Assembly: GCA_051362555.1 (NCBI GenBank)
Contig: CM120641.1
Location: 15,872,001 to 15,936,000 of the forward strand
Reading direction: 5' to 3'
Source of the DNA: Lingula anatina
Taxonomy: Eukaryota > Animalia > Brachiopoda
DNA: 64,000 bases
This document shows, one piece after another, positions 43,901 through 58,110 of this stretch; position 1 is the stretch's first letter; each line of letters begins with the position of its first letter. A model generated the notes under the pieces. The model had not been told where the DNA came from. It worked only from the letters and a program-made list of their open reading frames with translations, and did no database searches. The translations under genes were made by a program, and so were the position numbers.

Positions 43901-44479
43901 TCTGTTTGGACCAGTCAGAATCACCCAGTTAATTGGCCGTGTCAAACATGGGGGCTCTGTTTAGATTTCTCTCTTACGTAAGTGTTTTGATCCAGATACG
44001 TGTGACACACGATGCGAAAACGACCTTCTTGTAAGTCGTTTAGTACAAAACGTCAATCCAAGTGCAAGGATTCGAATAGGAAAATTGCTTTTTCTTCGAC
44101 GAAAATTTAATTTGGTGGGGAACTTCCGGACATGGTGACTAAAATAAAAACCCTTATTGTCGCTTATCAATTCACTGCTGTCCATTTTCTTTACTGATCT
44201 GCTTGAAAGTTATACATTTTTCGCAAAGTAAAGAAAATGAATAAATGAAATTAATCAAAATATCAGTTTGTCAATTATCGGGTGAACGGGACATAAATCG
44301 ATGATAAAAATTTTTAAAAATTACATTTTGGGTGAGATCAAAAGAAAGGTGAGGCTGTTGCTTCCTCTGCGTTAGGCTACAGCATATAAATAACTGATTT
44401 GTCACTTATCAATTTACTGTTAAAGAAAAGAACATAACATTCAAGTAAAGTGGTATTAATAAAGCTGTTTTTTAAACTT

Positions 44480-44727
44480 GGGGCTCATCCCCAATGAAAC
44501 TATCGTTCTACGTAGATCGATCCAACTCCACGGAGACTTTCGCTGAATGCTATCAGTTTAACACGCCTTCTCCTCTTTCCAACGCACTCGTGTAACCAAT
44601 AGCTTTTCTGCATTCTCCACAACGCCAGGAGGGGACATGTTAATTTCTTAATCTGATTGCATTCAGCGAGAGTCCCCACGGAGTTGGTCGATCTACGTAG
44701 AACGATAGTTTCATTGGAAATGAGCAC
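44480..44727. mobile_element. Palindromic MITE, family B-related
   Basis: ~75-bp inverted arms GCTCATCCCCAATGAAACTATCGTTCTACGTAGATCGA... / ...TCGATCTACGTAGAACGATAGTTTCATTGGAAATGAGC. Confidence 0.8.
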
Positions 44728-47191
44728 TCAGATTCAACCGCAGAGAAAAGGGATTTGCGGGCGATATACGAGTACCGAACGGACATCGCATGGCAAATGC
44801 AATCTAAGCTTAACAAATTTAAAGGAAAAGCGAATAAAATGTTCCCTCTCCCAGTCCCAACCATCAAGTTTATTCTTCCACCATTAGGTTCACAAATCCA
44901 TCTTCCATAAGTCTCCTTTTCAATACATCGAGTTTAGTTCCAGTCGTAAATAACCTCCAGTTTTTAAAAAGCATGACGGTCAAGCAAGAAATTGATAGAG
45001 ACGTTTTTTTTCTTTTAGACACAACTGAACCCAGGGTTATTATCAGTCGAGATGAATCAGTTTAAGTTCAGTGATGCCATTTGTGCAAAGGTGTTCCTTT
45101 AGGCCACTTAGGTGATATTGAATTCCCCGCCAAAGGGCAGTGACAGTTTTCAGTCATGTTTATCCAAGTTTTTTTTTTACATCTACCGGCTCTTTTGTAT
45201 AAACATTTCGAGTAAATTTTCAGTTCTTGATCGATTTGAAATCACGCCGAGTAAATACGGCAAAATGTGCCGCACTCCGAGGTCCAGCGCTAATTGTACT
45301 TAATAAGAGGCGAGTCCATTCAAAGTGGGGTGACCCGACTCGACTCGGCCTCCACCAGTTGCTGAATAGTTACTGAGCAGACGGTCTGACCGTTGTATTA
45401 ATATAAAATTGGGACCAAATTTGTTGTTGCATCGAGTCTCGCATCGCAAGACGTGCGTACTATAAAGGAAGTAGATAGGAACCAAGGTGCCCTGCGAGAT
45501 GGGTCCCGTCGACATAAGTCGCCTCAGCTTGACTGTAAATACGACTTGGGGGTTATTTGCGTCCGAAACGATCCGAGTGCATGCAGGTTCTACATTAAGC
45601 AGTTATCAGGATCCGAGAGATTGAGCCAATAAATGAAATCTGTAACAATTTTACATTAGGGGGCAACAGATTAGATCACATTAAAGAAATCAGCACAGTC
45701 AGCTTAGATCTCGGCATCAATTATTGAACTGATGGAATAAATCGAATTGAATTGAATAATTAGTTTTTGCTTGAACTAAAAACAACCACCATGGCGTCTG
45801 GAAAAATCAAAAGAATAAGTACCAGGTACCTTTCTGTGACTTGAAAAAAAAAATCAGAACAACAGACAAAGATACATATAGGTTTTATTATTGTGATTAT
45901 TTCTTCAATGCTAATTTTTACATCTTCATAATATTTTTGTATTGCACATGTTCGCTTGGAATAAATATCAGATGCTTCATAACACAAATTACATCCACAT
46001 TCTAACACCTTTCAGATACTGACTTTTCTGAAATACAGAGTATTTTTCTTTTGATATACAGTAATATTTTTATTTCTCTGCCTATCTACATTTCTCTCCA
46101 AAATAAATAACAGGCAAACCAAAATATCACATTAACAGGTGTGCTGATAGTGCAGTTCACCTGTATCAATTTAACTACTTTTGAACCGTTTTACCGCATA
46201 ATTCATACTTCACAAAAAAACTACCATGATAAATAACGCACGATTTTGAAAAACATCACCAACATGGCACCCTTGCTTACTGAGCCTTGACGGCTCTTTG
46301 TCTTAGCCACAACCTTGTACAAAATGCCCAGTGAAAGAGGTTATCTGCAGCAGCACTCGACAGGAAAAAAGGTTGACCTTTGACTCATTCCTGATTGTGA
46401 ATTGGTATGTTGTATATTTCATTAAAGACAGACATCATCCTGTAGAATAAATATTACAAAATATCAGAGCAAAATTTTTGTTGGTGATGATCCTGATGCA
46501 ATATTTAAAGTGAATGCATCCCAAGAGACCTTGAACGCAATAAAACGCTTAATGTTGAAATCAACTGTGAAAACCAAGAGATAATTAAGAAACCCACTGG
46601 GAATGCTATCAAAATTTAACTCCATCTTCAACCTTCTACAGTACATCCACCAAACCGTTAAACAGAATAATCATCATAATTGTAAAATGCAATGAAGGCT
46701 GAATACAGAAATGTGGCTAAGCATTAAACAGCACCAATATTGTGTGAATCAGTACCAAATCAATAATAATCAATGTTCAAGGTACAAGAATATGGAAGCC
46801 AAGCATATTACTTGTTAGCAATACCAACTGACAATAATCATTTGTACTGCTGATCTGTTCCAATCCTATTAAAGGTAGATTGGATATTGCTTTACTGATA
46901 AACTTAACACCAATTCACAGCTCATGTAGCTATTCCTTTTGTTAAGGACCAATCTAATTTAAAGGAAAGATGGGCTGTTGCCCTCAAAATTGCCAATTCT
47001 CTTTAATTAACTGAATATCTTTTATCATGCTGAGCTGATAAAATTTCCAATCAAATTCAGAACTGGGATCTCATCAGTGTTTTTTATATTACACAAAATT
47101 ATCTTGTATTTCAAAAAGAAACTGTCTTCTAAACATTTTAGAGGGTTGTGGGAAATGGGCTTGATGTCAACTTTATCTCCTGCCATCATCA

Positions 47192-50100
47192 TTACAATTC
47201 AAAGAATTCATCTTGTTTCTTTTCAAATAGTTCAGAAGAATTTTCCAGCTGTTTTGTTCTAGCTCTAGGCCTTGTTACAACAGTCTCTGGAACAGCCATG
47301 GGATCCGATTCTAAACTTGGAGGTCGCTGCCTGGAACCCATCTTTGTTCTTCTTTGTGGTAAATGAGATAGGGGGTTGGTTTCATCTTCAAACATGCTGG
47401 AAAATTAAAATATTTTTATTGTCATCTAATTTTACAAGTCATTGTTGCATTTTTATCATATTGCACCCTGAACAGAAACTGCCTTTTTTGCAAGAATCCA
47501 GGGTGCTTTCACTCATTACTCAGCCTGTTATTCTACATTAGATGTTCCCGTGTTAATGTGACTATAGACCTTAGACCAACCTACAAAGGTGAGAGCTATT
47601 TACTTAACTCTCTTTGTCATGGTTAAGTGTAGAACCTATATAATATCCTGTCAAAAAAGGTTACCCTATATAAAATCCCAGCAATATCACTGCCAAAATT
47701 ATATTTTAGAACAAATATGGTATTAAACTTGTTTTATTACAACCATTCTCGGGCACCCTATTGCTATTATGTTCAGATTAGAGATATTGTGTGACTTTTC
47801 ATTACATACATACATTGAACAAGGCAGTTTAGCATTTACCCTAGTTTACTTTAAATCTCAAAAAACATTAATGAATAAAAGCAAACTGATTTTAAAGTTC
47901 GTTCATGTCAATTTGCCAAAATCTTTATGAATTATATAAATGAATTAGTCCATGAACCCTCTTATCTACTGTTTTTAGGCTTTTAAACTGTAAAGGACTT
48001 TATGGAATCCCTCAACTAAATAATGCTGTATTAGTTTTAAAACTTGTTGCTTCAAATAAAGCTAAGTACCTAATATATATAATGTTTTCAACTGGTTGCA
48101 TGATAAAAAACTGTTCACTTGACAAATGACACTACAACTCTCAGAAGGCAGCAACTGCTCCTCCTAATTAGTCTGGCAAACAAAAATACCCTTGCACTCT
48201 GTCTCAAGGAAAAGCAACCACACAAGCAGAAAACTTCAACTATGTTAGCCACTGTCCATCATGGTATTGTTCTGATTTTGCATGTAGTATAATATACCTG
48301 AATAAATTATCCCCATACAAGAACCATTTTAACCAAAATGGGGTTACTGCAGTTGACAACAATAGGATAAATATAGTAAATGTGTTACACCATGAATTCA
48401 TGATTTCCATCCTTCAAACCAGGTGTTTTACTTTCAGCCCAAATCAACTGCTCCACCCACACATGCTTCACATCTATAAACAAAGTGTAACTATCATTAA
48501 ACTGCCACTTGAACACTGGTTCCATGCCAAATGCTAGTAAAATTGAAGCTGGGCACATACAATATTGAAAATTTGCTCAGTTACTGGCCACTTTTTCTAC
48601 TTTAGGTCAGTACTAGTAGATTCTTAGGCTTTATGTCCTTAAACTGTGAATGGCCAGTAAGATTAGACGTTTCAGACGCAGACTGTTATCACGTATCCAA
48701 TGTTACACCTACACATGGTTATTGCTACCACATATTTCTGGTAACACCCACATATCATTTATTGCACACACATATTTCCCCTTTACATGAATGGCAAACA
48801 CCCACAAATCAGGTACTTCACTCACACACCAAATAGGTGTTAAAACATCACCTCAATGGTTTTGCTCACACATCCAAGTATTATAAACACCCACACCATG
48901 TACAACTGCCACATATCATGTGTTACATCAACAAATGTGATTTTAATCTGTCCAGACAAGGCTTTGTTTACCAAACAATAGAAAACCTCGTTACTGTCAT
49001 TTTAGGGCAGACAAACATGCTTGCATCTTAGACTCAGACAGTGTAATTTCCTGTTGAAACAATCTGGTCAACTGATGATATAAATAAATCTGATATATAG
49101 TTTGAAATACAGTTACTCTGGATGGACATTCAGTTTATACTATCTTGCCAAAGAAAAGAAATGAAAAGGCTTTTGACAGACAGAGGGGAATACAATGGGG
49201 CATCTGTGTAAAGAAGATAGCTATGCCCATGAGAAATTGGAATGGAAATTAACAACTTTGCGGAGTTTTTGTACTATTATAGGCTTCACCTAGTCTAAAG
49301 TCAATTAAGTCTGTATTTGTGCAGATGCATGAGAATTGTTATTATTTTAATGTCACACTGGTTGTCACTGTTTCAAGCGAACTATGGAGGTTCACATGAC
49401 GCAAATTCCGATTTAATTTGAATTTTTCTTATTCAAAAAGCAGCATGGTTTATCAATTTTCTTTGATTTAATTTAATCAAATTAGTTCCATGGGATGATT
49501 GCATATTTTCATAACAATACACTAAATAATGTCTTTGCTCTCTCTTTCTCTTGAGCTATATCAATTAATTTAATAGAGCACCTGACGTAAAATCAGATTT
49601 CCTCCCAATATTTCCCAGTATTAATTATATCAATTATCAAATTGAGACAAAAATTATTAATAAAATTATTATGTTACAGAATGCAGTAATCCAGCAAAAT
49701 CATTTATAGTTCTATTAAGGTTTTTTTAACCTAATATATTCTAATACAAAGCACATAATCTGGTTGTCTTAAAAGTTTCAATTAATTAGAAATGACACAC
49801 ATGAATCTTATTGGACAGCTTCATTTAATTTAAGCAAAGAAAACCTGACCTTCAGGCCGAAAACCACATTTCAAAGGGAACACAGATATTTCTGATTTGA
49901 AGAAAGTCATAACCTTAGCATCTCATTCTGACCTTTTCAACATTTAAAGGGCATTATATCCGCCTATAAAAAACATTCACTAAAATAAATTGGTCTGTCG
50001 AAGAAGGCATATAAACAGCATGCTGCAAACAAAATTTGACTTCATGTTTTGATACCTTTTCAGTTATATATAGCTGATAAGATGATATATTTTCCACAAC

Positions 50101-53100
50101 CAACTTAAGTTTCAAAATCTCCATGAAATTACATAAAATCACTTAATAAATTGAAAAAAATCCTTTTAGATCAATCAATCATCAAAATTGTCAATGTCTC
50201 TCTATAATGGCTTGAATTCAGACTTTTTTTTTCACAATGTGAAAAGCACTACTCATTAAGAGAAAAAATATACACAATGTCTAGGAAATCATACGTGACA
50301 GAACAAGTCTGGCTCTGTGCTCTTTAATGTGTCATTATATCTATTTCCAGTGGCTTTGTGATAAATAAGGACGACTGTTCACTTGACAAGTGACACTTCA
50401 ACTCTGAAAAGGTAGCAAATGCTACTCCTAATTAGCTTGAAGGCTACAACATAAAAATCCCCTAGCAGAAATCAAAATCTGAACAGAGAATTTTACTTTA
50501 AATCTACTGTAAATTTCGGAATCTTTAAGACTGCATGCTATGCTATATGCAGGTAAAACAATAGTTATAAGAACATGTGTAAATAAACAATAATTATAAA
50601 TATCTAAATTTCACTGTAAGGAATTATGTTGCCTATTCATCAGGTCTGCTTAAACCTGTCTTAAATTACATCCTTGCCAACATGAGCTTAATATCACAAT
50701 AATTGTGATAGAGCAGACAGACAAACTTCAATGCCTCTTCTCAATGCAATAGTTGAACCTCTCTTGTCATTTCAATCCAAGCAAATGCATCTTTCTCACA
50801 TCAGTTGAACATAGTAGAAAAGTTTGAATGTTTTACTAAACTGACCTACTTATAATCAAATTATCGAAATAATATAGTTAGATTAGGACAATTTCTGTTC
50901 AACAAATCAATGTAAAATGAGTGCTCACATGCCAATCAACAACAATATTTTGTCACAGGTGTCAACTGTTGTAAACAGAAATAACACAGTAAATTATGAA
51001 TACTCCTGTAATTTTTTTTTTTCATGACAAATCTCTACAAGTTTATATTAAGCCAATATGAAAGGATTACTTAATAGTAACTGAGCCAACCAGCCAACAA
51101 TTAACGGTCAGTCCCTCATAATTTTTTGAGGTGCAAAATATTTTGGTAAATAAAAAAGATCACTTTAAAATGACAGTTGCTTGAATAAATATCTTAATTT
51201 ATGTAAATCATCTATGTAAAAAATCATTTATATCAAAAGCATCTTAGACTGGGTTCCCATACTTAGATCGTTCCATCTGGATTGACCTAACTCCCTGGGG
51301 GTTCACGCTAAATTGCTATCAGCTCAAGAGGTTTAAATGTCTGTCACGCCTACCGAATCAGCTAGGGGTAAAGATATTTACCCCCTAACAGTTTTACTAG
51401 GCGTGACAGACGTTTAAACCGGTTAGTGTGATAGCAATTTAGTGAGACTCCCCAGGGAGATAGATCAATCTAAATATCTGTGGGAATGGTCCCTTAAACT
51501 CTTTGTTATTAGCACAGATGTGGCTGGAGGCAAACATGTCATCAGGATATGACAAGCAAGCACGTGCCAGTGAAATGCCAGCCATATTTTATCAGATTTC
51601 TGACAAATGGGTGACAATAGCAAACCTGCTGATATATGGGAAACAGGTTATGATAAGATGTGCATTCTGCAGTGATTTAAAAATGAAATGTACCGGTGAA
51701 TCATTTTCAAATACAACAGCTCGAGAAAATCAATATCTATCACTTGGAGAAAACACCCCCTCGTAGTTATTCAGAATTTTCATCTTCTATTCTACTATTA
51801 GGAAACCCAAACTATGGACTTCAGTTCCCAAAATGTTTAACAATGACTCGTTATGTCCTTGAACATACTGAAAAAAATCATCAAAAATTAAACAAATCAT
51901 GATATGTCAAGAAATTCCATATTTCTAACATAAAATCTACATGTACTCCTGGACTAGCAAAGTGTAATATTTACAAAAATGACATAGCATACTCCTCACA
52001 AAGACTTCTGCTGGTAATTTATGTGTTTACTGACAGAGGGCTTAACTGACACACGAGATTCATCTATGCCAGAGCCCAGGTTGAGGCTTACCCCCCCCTT
52101 CATCACTTTTTAAAAGTGGGGTGCTTGACCCCTATACACATGGCTTCCTTCGTTCAAAATTTAAACCCATCTTTTAAGAGGATAGAAACATTTTCCAAAT
52201 AGAAATGAGGTTCAGGCATACTGGTGTAAAGACAGCAGTCATAGACCATATTCACAACCAAAGTTTATCCATTAACTAACAGATCCCTGGCTCAAATATG
52301 GCTGAACCACTTGAAAGCCTACCACTGATCCCTGCAGGTAATCTATTCAGTGCCTATTAGGAGATTATCCAACAAGATTTCCGCGGATCAAATATGACGG
52401 ACCCTACATGAAAGAAGAGATGACTAATCGGCTGATGGTCTCCCTGCCTTCGCACACACCATTAAACAGATTAAATCACAGCTCCAAGGTTTAATTACTA
52501 GATCCCTGCAAGAATGGCACGTGTGAAGCCGGGAGACCATCAGCGGATTAGTTGGCCCTTCTTTAATGTTGGGTCCACCATATTTGATCCATGGTTCATC
52601 TGACATGAATGCCCTCTTGTTCTGAATGTGTTCAAAAGTCACTGTCAGTGGTGTATTACATCATCAGTCAGCTGTAGCATAAGTGACCAGCAGATGTCCC
52701 CCTGGGGGAGACATTATCTTTACAGATACTGCACATTTGGAAGTCTAGTATATTTTATTGTAAAATAAAGATATAATCATATGGCAAGTAACCTACTTAA
52801 CCTTATCAAGAAATTTCACTTTCTTTTATGAATCATTCATGCTTTTTTTGAAGACTGAAACTTGGGTGTCAAATCTAAGTCGAATCAAACATTAACAGAA
52901 TTCCCATTTCCCTCAAAATGAAATGATCATGCATGTTAGAATCAAACAATTAAACGTGTGTGAAATCTACCTGTGAGTGATTGAAATCATATTCCTAAAT
53001 GCTGGAAAGTGGGCCCCTGAAACAAAATAAGCAGGTGCTAAAATGATGGGTGGGGTCAGGGCAGAATATGGCAGTTGCGCTATAAATCCCATGTAGTGAA

Positions 53101-55760
53101 CACTACAGGATCTGTTGCTTTGGACAGATGGTTAATTGTATCAATAGCAGGTTAGTATTTTAGAGAAACAACAGATACCAGGGATAGATCAGATAAACTG
53201 AAATAGATTATCATCTGGAGGAAGTTAGGCCCACCCACATTGCCCTAGGGATAGAATGGCTTGGTAAAATAAATGTGCCTGATGACACTAGCAATAAATT
53301 TTGCTTGATCCTGGTTCACATCATACTTGTATGGTGGTAATTTTGAATAAGTTTGTGCATTAGAAATTGACATCAACTTTTGGGTTGCAATTTCAAAATA
53401 AGCTCTGTTTAAACCAGGACCACTTAACACAAGATTGAACAAGTTGCAACATCCAATTACCAGATACATGGATATCACACTGAGTCTCAGATTCTGGACA
53501 TAGTGGGCTTCATTTACACAGAGCTACGTGTATAAACTTTTGCAGTCTATGTGAACACTGTACCAGGTGGTTTGAACTCTTGCAAATCAAATCCACCAGT
53601 GTAAAAATATAAGTTGTGAACAACAGTGCTCTTGATAATGTTGAAATCAGTATCACAATGACTCTGCAGACATACATATCAATTATATTCTGTGCTTATC
53701 AATAAATGATAATGCTAATAAAAAATGCAAAATGTGAACTCCTAATTTCGTTTTGGCATGTCAAAATTTACTGATATAGGGTAAAACTGGGGGGGGGGGG
53801 GGTTGGGGGGGGGTAGGAGAGGGGGTTGTTAATACCTAGCTGTTGGCCCATCCTTAGTAAAGTCACGTTGGAACTGTTCTAGTTCAGGACTGCAACAGAC
53901 AGTTAAGAGAGACAAGGTCACCACCACAAGAGGATAAAGATAGGAGAGTTACTGTTAAATTTTCATTTAGTAAATCTGAACTGTTTTGGTGATATATGTA
54001 GGTTAAGAAACACTGGCACAAACAGCTAAAATTAATCAAACATGTTCTGACAATATCATCTAGCATATTTACACAAAGTATTCTTGAATATACATCAATA
54101 TATACTAGTAGATAGTTCAATGAGAACAGTACTTTATAATATGGACATTGCAAATAATCATGGACATCTGTCAGATTGCATTCCAGTGTTAAAAAATGCA
54201 TACTTGATATACAAACCTGCACCTTGTCCTTGACATATCATTTTTGAAGAGTCTTATTACTTCAATTGAGAAAATTTGTTTAGGATATTGTTTTTAGCAC
54301 TTAAAATACCTGGCAATATTTACATTAAATATCTTATTTGAAAAAGCTGAGATGTAAAAAAAAAAAAGACGTATTCAATAATTCCAGGTGTGGGTTGCTT
54401 CACTGAATTTTTTCAGCATAATAAAGGCAATTACCTTTTTCTGTCCTCTAATTTTTGTACATTAGTTTTAAGCTGAGCAAGTGTAGTATCAAATCTGCTC
54501 AAAAAATCCTGAGCTGTAATACTGGAAGCTTCAATATCACTGTTTGCTGTGTGAGAGTTTTCAGTTTTGCCATCAATGTCCCCATTAGGACTATTTCTGT
54601 TAGTAGTCAGCAGAGTAGCTGGTTCCCCACTGATGCCTTCTGGACTAGATGAAGTCACAGGAATAAGTAAAGTTTCCCTCAAAAACAAACTGTCATTAGT
54701 CCACATTTTATTAGCACGTTTAAGATCCTGCATCTGAAATGGAAAAAAAATGAACTATTTGAAATAACTCAATATAAAAGACTGTTTGTGTGTGTGTGCG
54801 TGCATGTGTAGGGCAGGGGAGGGATGGAGAGGAAAGGGGGTGAGAGACACAAGTACCTTACATTTGAAAATAAAGTCTGACCTTTCAATATAAAATGTTA
54901 AAAATAGTTTATTTATTATTAGTAAATTTTCTCCATGAAATTAAAATAAGATTTTTTTTCACAATCTAAAAACTTAACATGTTTTCATCATTTACAAAAG
55001 AAAATTACTCATGATCTGGCATCATTTCCCCAATTTTCTAAAGAATTAAAACTAAAATAACCAACTTGGAACATATTCAGCGTACATTTCATATATACAA
55101 ATAACAAATAATGCCACTGCTTTTTTATGTTATGCACAGAGTAATTATTCAAGCACGATCCACAGTCTCAAAAAAACAATGATGTGCCAAAATGATTAGT
55201 ATTACTCTAGTGATAAAAGGACAGATTTATAACGCGGTATCTCTTAAATATAATATATTGATATCATGTTATGTACAGTTCCTGTTAAAAGTAAGAAATT
55301 TCTGCATAGCTGAATGAGGTACCCCTTATATGTTATAAACTGATATCATATTACATATAGTTCCTGTTAACAGTAAAAAATTATTCAATGTCAGTGCAAA
55401 TTTAGACTATAAATGAACTTTTTATTCGGCTTCAATTCGTGACAAAGTGTGTAGCTTCCACTTTCTAATCCTAGTTTCTTGATCCGACACCAAAATCAAT
55501 CCTAAACAATTACATATAACATATAAAAGTTCATGAAAAACGTCATGTGACAACTTGTCAACTGACCGCTACACCGTGCACTATCAATGGTCTCGGTAAC
55601 GTACCGGAATTTCATACTTCAAAGCAAGCCCTTGAAGCGTATCTCCGGGTTCAATCTTATGTGTGATGTATTTTTCATTGGTACGTTTGGTTTTTGTTGT
55701 ACTACCATACTTGGCTTGTTTTTTAACAAATTGTCCCAGACCCTTCTTCTCTGTTGCCAT
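47192..55760 (-). CDS. LYSMD2: LysM and putative peptidoglycan-binding domain-containing protein 1/2-like, 219 aa; complement(join(47192..47396,54435..54733,55605..55760))
   Basis: GT-AG introns, 660 nt in frame. N-terminal YGST motif, LysM domain HKIEPGDTLQGLALKYEIPMQDLKRANKMWTNDSLFLRETLLIPV, AQDFLSRFD helix and C-terminal DEFFEL are typical of LYSMD1/2. No TM segment, unlike LYSMD3/4. Probably co-orthologous to vertebrate LYSMD1 and LYSMD2. Confidence 0.9.
51247..51493. mobile_element. Palindromic MITE, family B (Harbinger-like, TTA flanks)
   Basis: Inverted arms (TTTAAATGTCTGTCACGCCTA / TAGGCGTGACAGACGTTTAAA; CGCTAAATTGCTATCA / TGATAGCAATTTAGTG), with TTA on both sides. Second copy at 58111-58335. 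Confidence 0.75.
52244..52633. mobile_element. Composite/diverged MITE family A copy in LYSMD intron 2
   Basis: Inverted arms GGATCAAATATGACGGACCCTACATGAAAG... / ...GGGTCCACCATATTTGATCC, similar to 28247-28530 and 30627-30801. Confidence 0.7.
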
Positions 55761-56026
55761 CTTCTCATCCTAAATCGACTTTTCGTCCAAACCGGAAGTT
55801 CTATACTCTCGACGCGTATTTTTGTTCGAAAAGAAAAATATTTCTGGCTTTATTTTTGAATTTTTCCAATCAAACTAACGATATACTCTCATTAATACAA
55901 ATCAGTAAAATAAAAAATAAATATAAAGCAAATAAAACATAAATATTGGAACTGATCTTTTAATTAGTACATGCGCACAAGAATGTTTAACTTCAGAAAC
56001 TTCCGGCAGAGAAGCAGGTGCCCACA
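55761..56026. promoter_or_regulatory. Bidirectional promoter between LYSMD and GTF2A2
   Basis: The start codons diverge 266 bp apart. ETS/GABP motifs ACCGGAAGT (55791-55799) and ACTTCCGG (55999-56006), NRF1-like CATGCGCA (55970-55977), YY1-like AAGATGGC over the LYSMD ATG, and local CpG enrichment. Confidence 0.75.
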
Positions 56027-57424
56027 ATGAGTTACCAACTTTACCGAAATACAACACTGGGTAATACTTTGCAAGAAAGTTTAGATGAGCTGATACAGGT
56101 AAAATTTCTAGTTTTCATGTTTATTTTGTACCTTTCAATAAAGTTTCATTTTTCCATCATCAGTTAAGGATGTCAGTTATCAAACCTCACCTTTCCTGTA
56201 AATGCGTTGTACATGTTATGTACACCCCTGTACTGCTACATAGGTATACTAGTTGTTCAGTTTGGGGGACCGAGACATCTTTATATATCTACATAACCCT
56301 GTCATTTATTTACATATTTATGTAAATGTCTGTTGCCTACAGTGTAGCGTCTACATGTAGCTTTACAGTTTCTTAAGTGTAGTACTTGCCTCCAATGTTG
56401 TTTAGTTATGACGAGTGTTTTATTTCATTTTCAGTGTGGCCAAATTACACCACAACTTGCACTGAAGGTCTTATTACAGTTTGACAAGGCTATCAATAAT
56501 GCACTGGCCACAAGGGTAAAGAGCAAACTGACTTTCAAGGTAAAAGTTTGAATAGTGATACCCATTTTAGTTCACTTGACATTACAAGCCAAGAGTGTAT
56601 CTCAATATTATTACATTTATGAGTCAAGACCAAATATTGACATCATAATGGCATATTTCAATATTACATGTGTAAGTTAAAAGACAATGAATATGTATTT
56701 CACTTCTCTAGAATATGCAGTAATGGTACATCAAATAACAATTTAAGTTTTTCTTTGCAATGTTTAGCAAAACAAATATCAAAGTAGCATTAGAAAAATG
56801 TTAAATAACACTTAGAAAAGAATTTCTTTGCTCACTCCAGTAGTTTAAGTAAGCTTTTAGTCTAATAATAAAGTCACTTTTATTAGAGGAGAGTGCAGTT
56901 ACTAGTGTCATGGTAAAAATCTCTTTATCTTTCAGGGACATTTGAACACATACAGATTCTGTGATAATGTATGGACCTTTGTACTCAATGATGTTGACTT
57001 TAGAGAGGTCACTGAAGTAGTCAAAGTGGATAAAGTAAAAATAGTGGCGTGTGATGGAAAAGGTCGGTTTTTAAATGTCAAGTAATGTGTATTGTGTGAA
57101 TGAAAGAAGATATTTTAAACTCTGGTTACACATGGTTTTTTAGTTAGCCAAACTCAAAAAAGTTTGATTAAAGATTCAGGATAGATCAGAAATGGGCAAA
57201 CTAAAGATGAATAAGATTATGTTGGTGGTTCATTAATTGATAAACAAATAATGAGAATTGAACTGCCAAGGCTTGCCACAGGTCTGTGCTCTCTGAACCA
57301 TATACATGTAATTACTGCTTGTTGCTTATAATTATGAAATGTGACTTTAATTATGGGCCTCTTTGTTTATACTTTCATTTTATAAATGATTTTTTTGTTT
57401 CTTTTAGGAGTTGGGACTACATGA
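56027..57424 (+). CDS. GTF2A2: Transcription initiation factor IIA gamma (small) subunit, 106 aa; join(56027..56098,56435..56539,56936..57062,57408..57424)
   Basis: [106 protein letters not shown] is unmistakable TFIIA-gamma. All introns are GT-AG, 321 nt in frame. Confidence 0.97.
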
Positions 57425-58110
57425 TAGGAGGATAAAACTTTATCCAGGTATTGACACAAGCAGACTTTCCACCCAAGACTCCTAAGTCTGTCAAGTCATG
57501 TCTCAAGTGTGGTATTTTGTCTGGAAGCTCTTTTATATTTTATAAAGTACATATATGGGAACGTACAGCAGTGGCCCAATGGTTTAATTTTGACGATTAG
57601 AAAGTCAGGTTTTTCATTAATCCCATGTCAATTTGAGGATGTTTTAAATGGTTTATGTTGTAAAATTTGCTTACCATGTACACGATGTGAATATATTCAT
57701 TGTAGCATTTAAAGAAATCGTATGAAAGATGTCATCTCCATCTTGATCATCATGTAAAGCTTGAGTCTGAAAGTAGTCATCATTGGTGCCCTAATGTTTT
57801 TTTTACTGTAACATTAAGCCACTTGCATTTAAAATGAGAAGAAAAAAAAGGAATTTGCATCCAGTCAGATATATTATTGTCAAATACTGTAGAGGATAAT
57901 AATTTTTTTTTACTGTAAAATAAAAAAAAAAATATCAAGTTGTACAAACCAAGAATGTTTTTTGTTATTTTGATCTCGTTATTTTGATAGAAGAAAGATT
58001 TAAGAACAAATTACCAACCCCATGTGAATGTGGTTTCATTATAATTGTGATCATTTAAAGTTACATACGAACTGAGTATCGGTTGAGCGTGGATTCCCAG
58101 TAACACTTAA

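Noticed and set aside
45305-45527. GC-rich segment bounded by GAGGCGAGT / AGTCGCCTC
   Set aside because: The inverted match is too short and there is no second copy in the window; possibly a MITE but unsupported.
55587-55942. Plus-strand ORFs over the LYSMD first exon and promoter
   Set aside because: Antisense to LYSMD exon 1; no independent coding signal.
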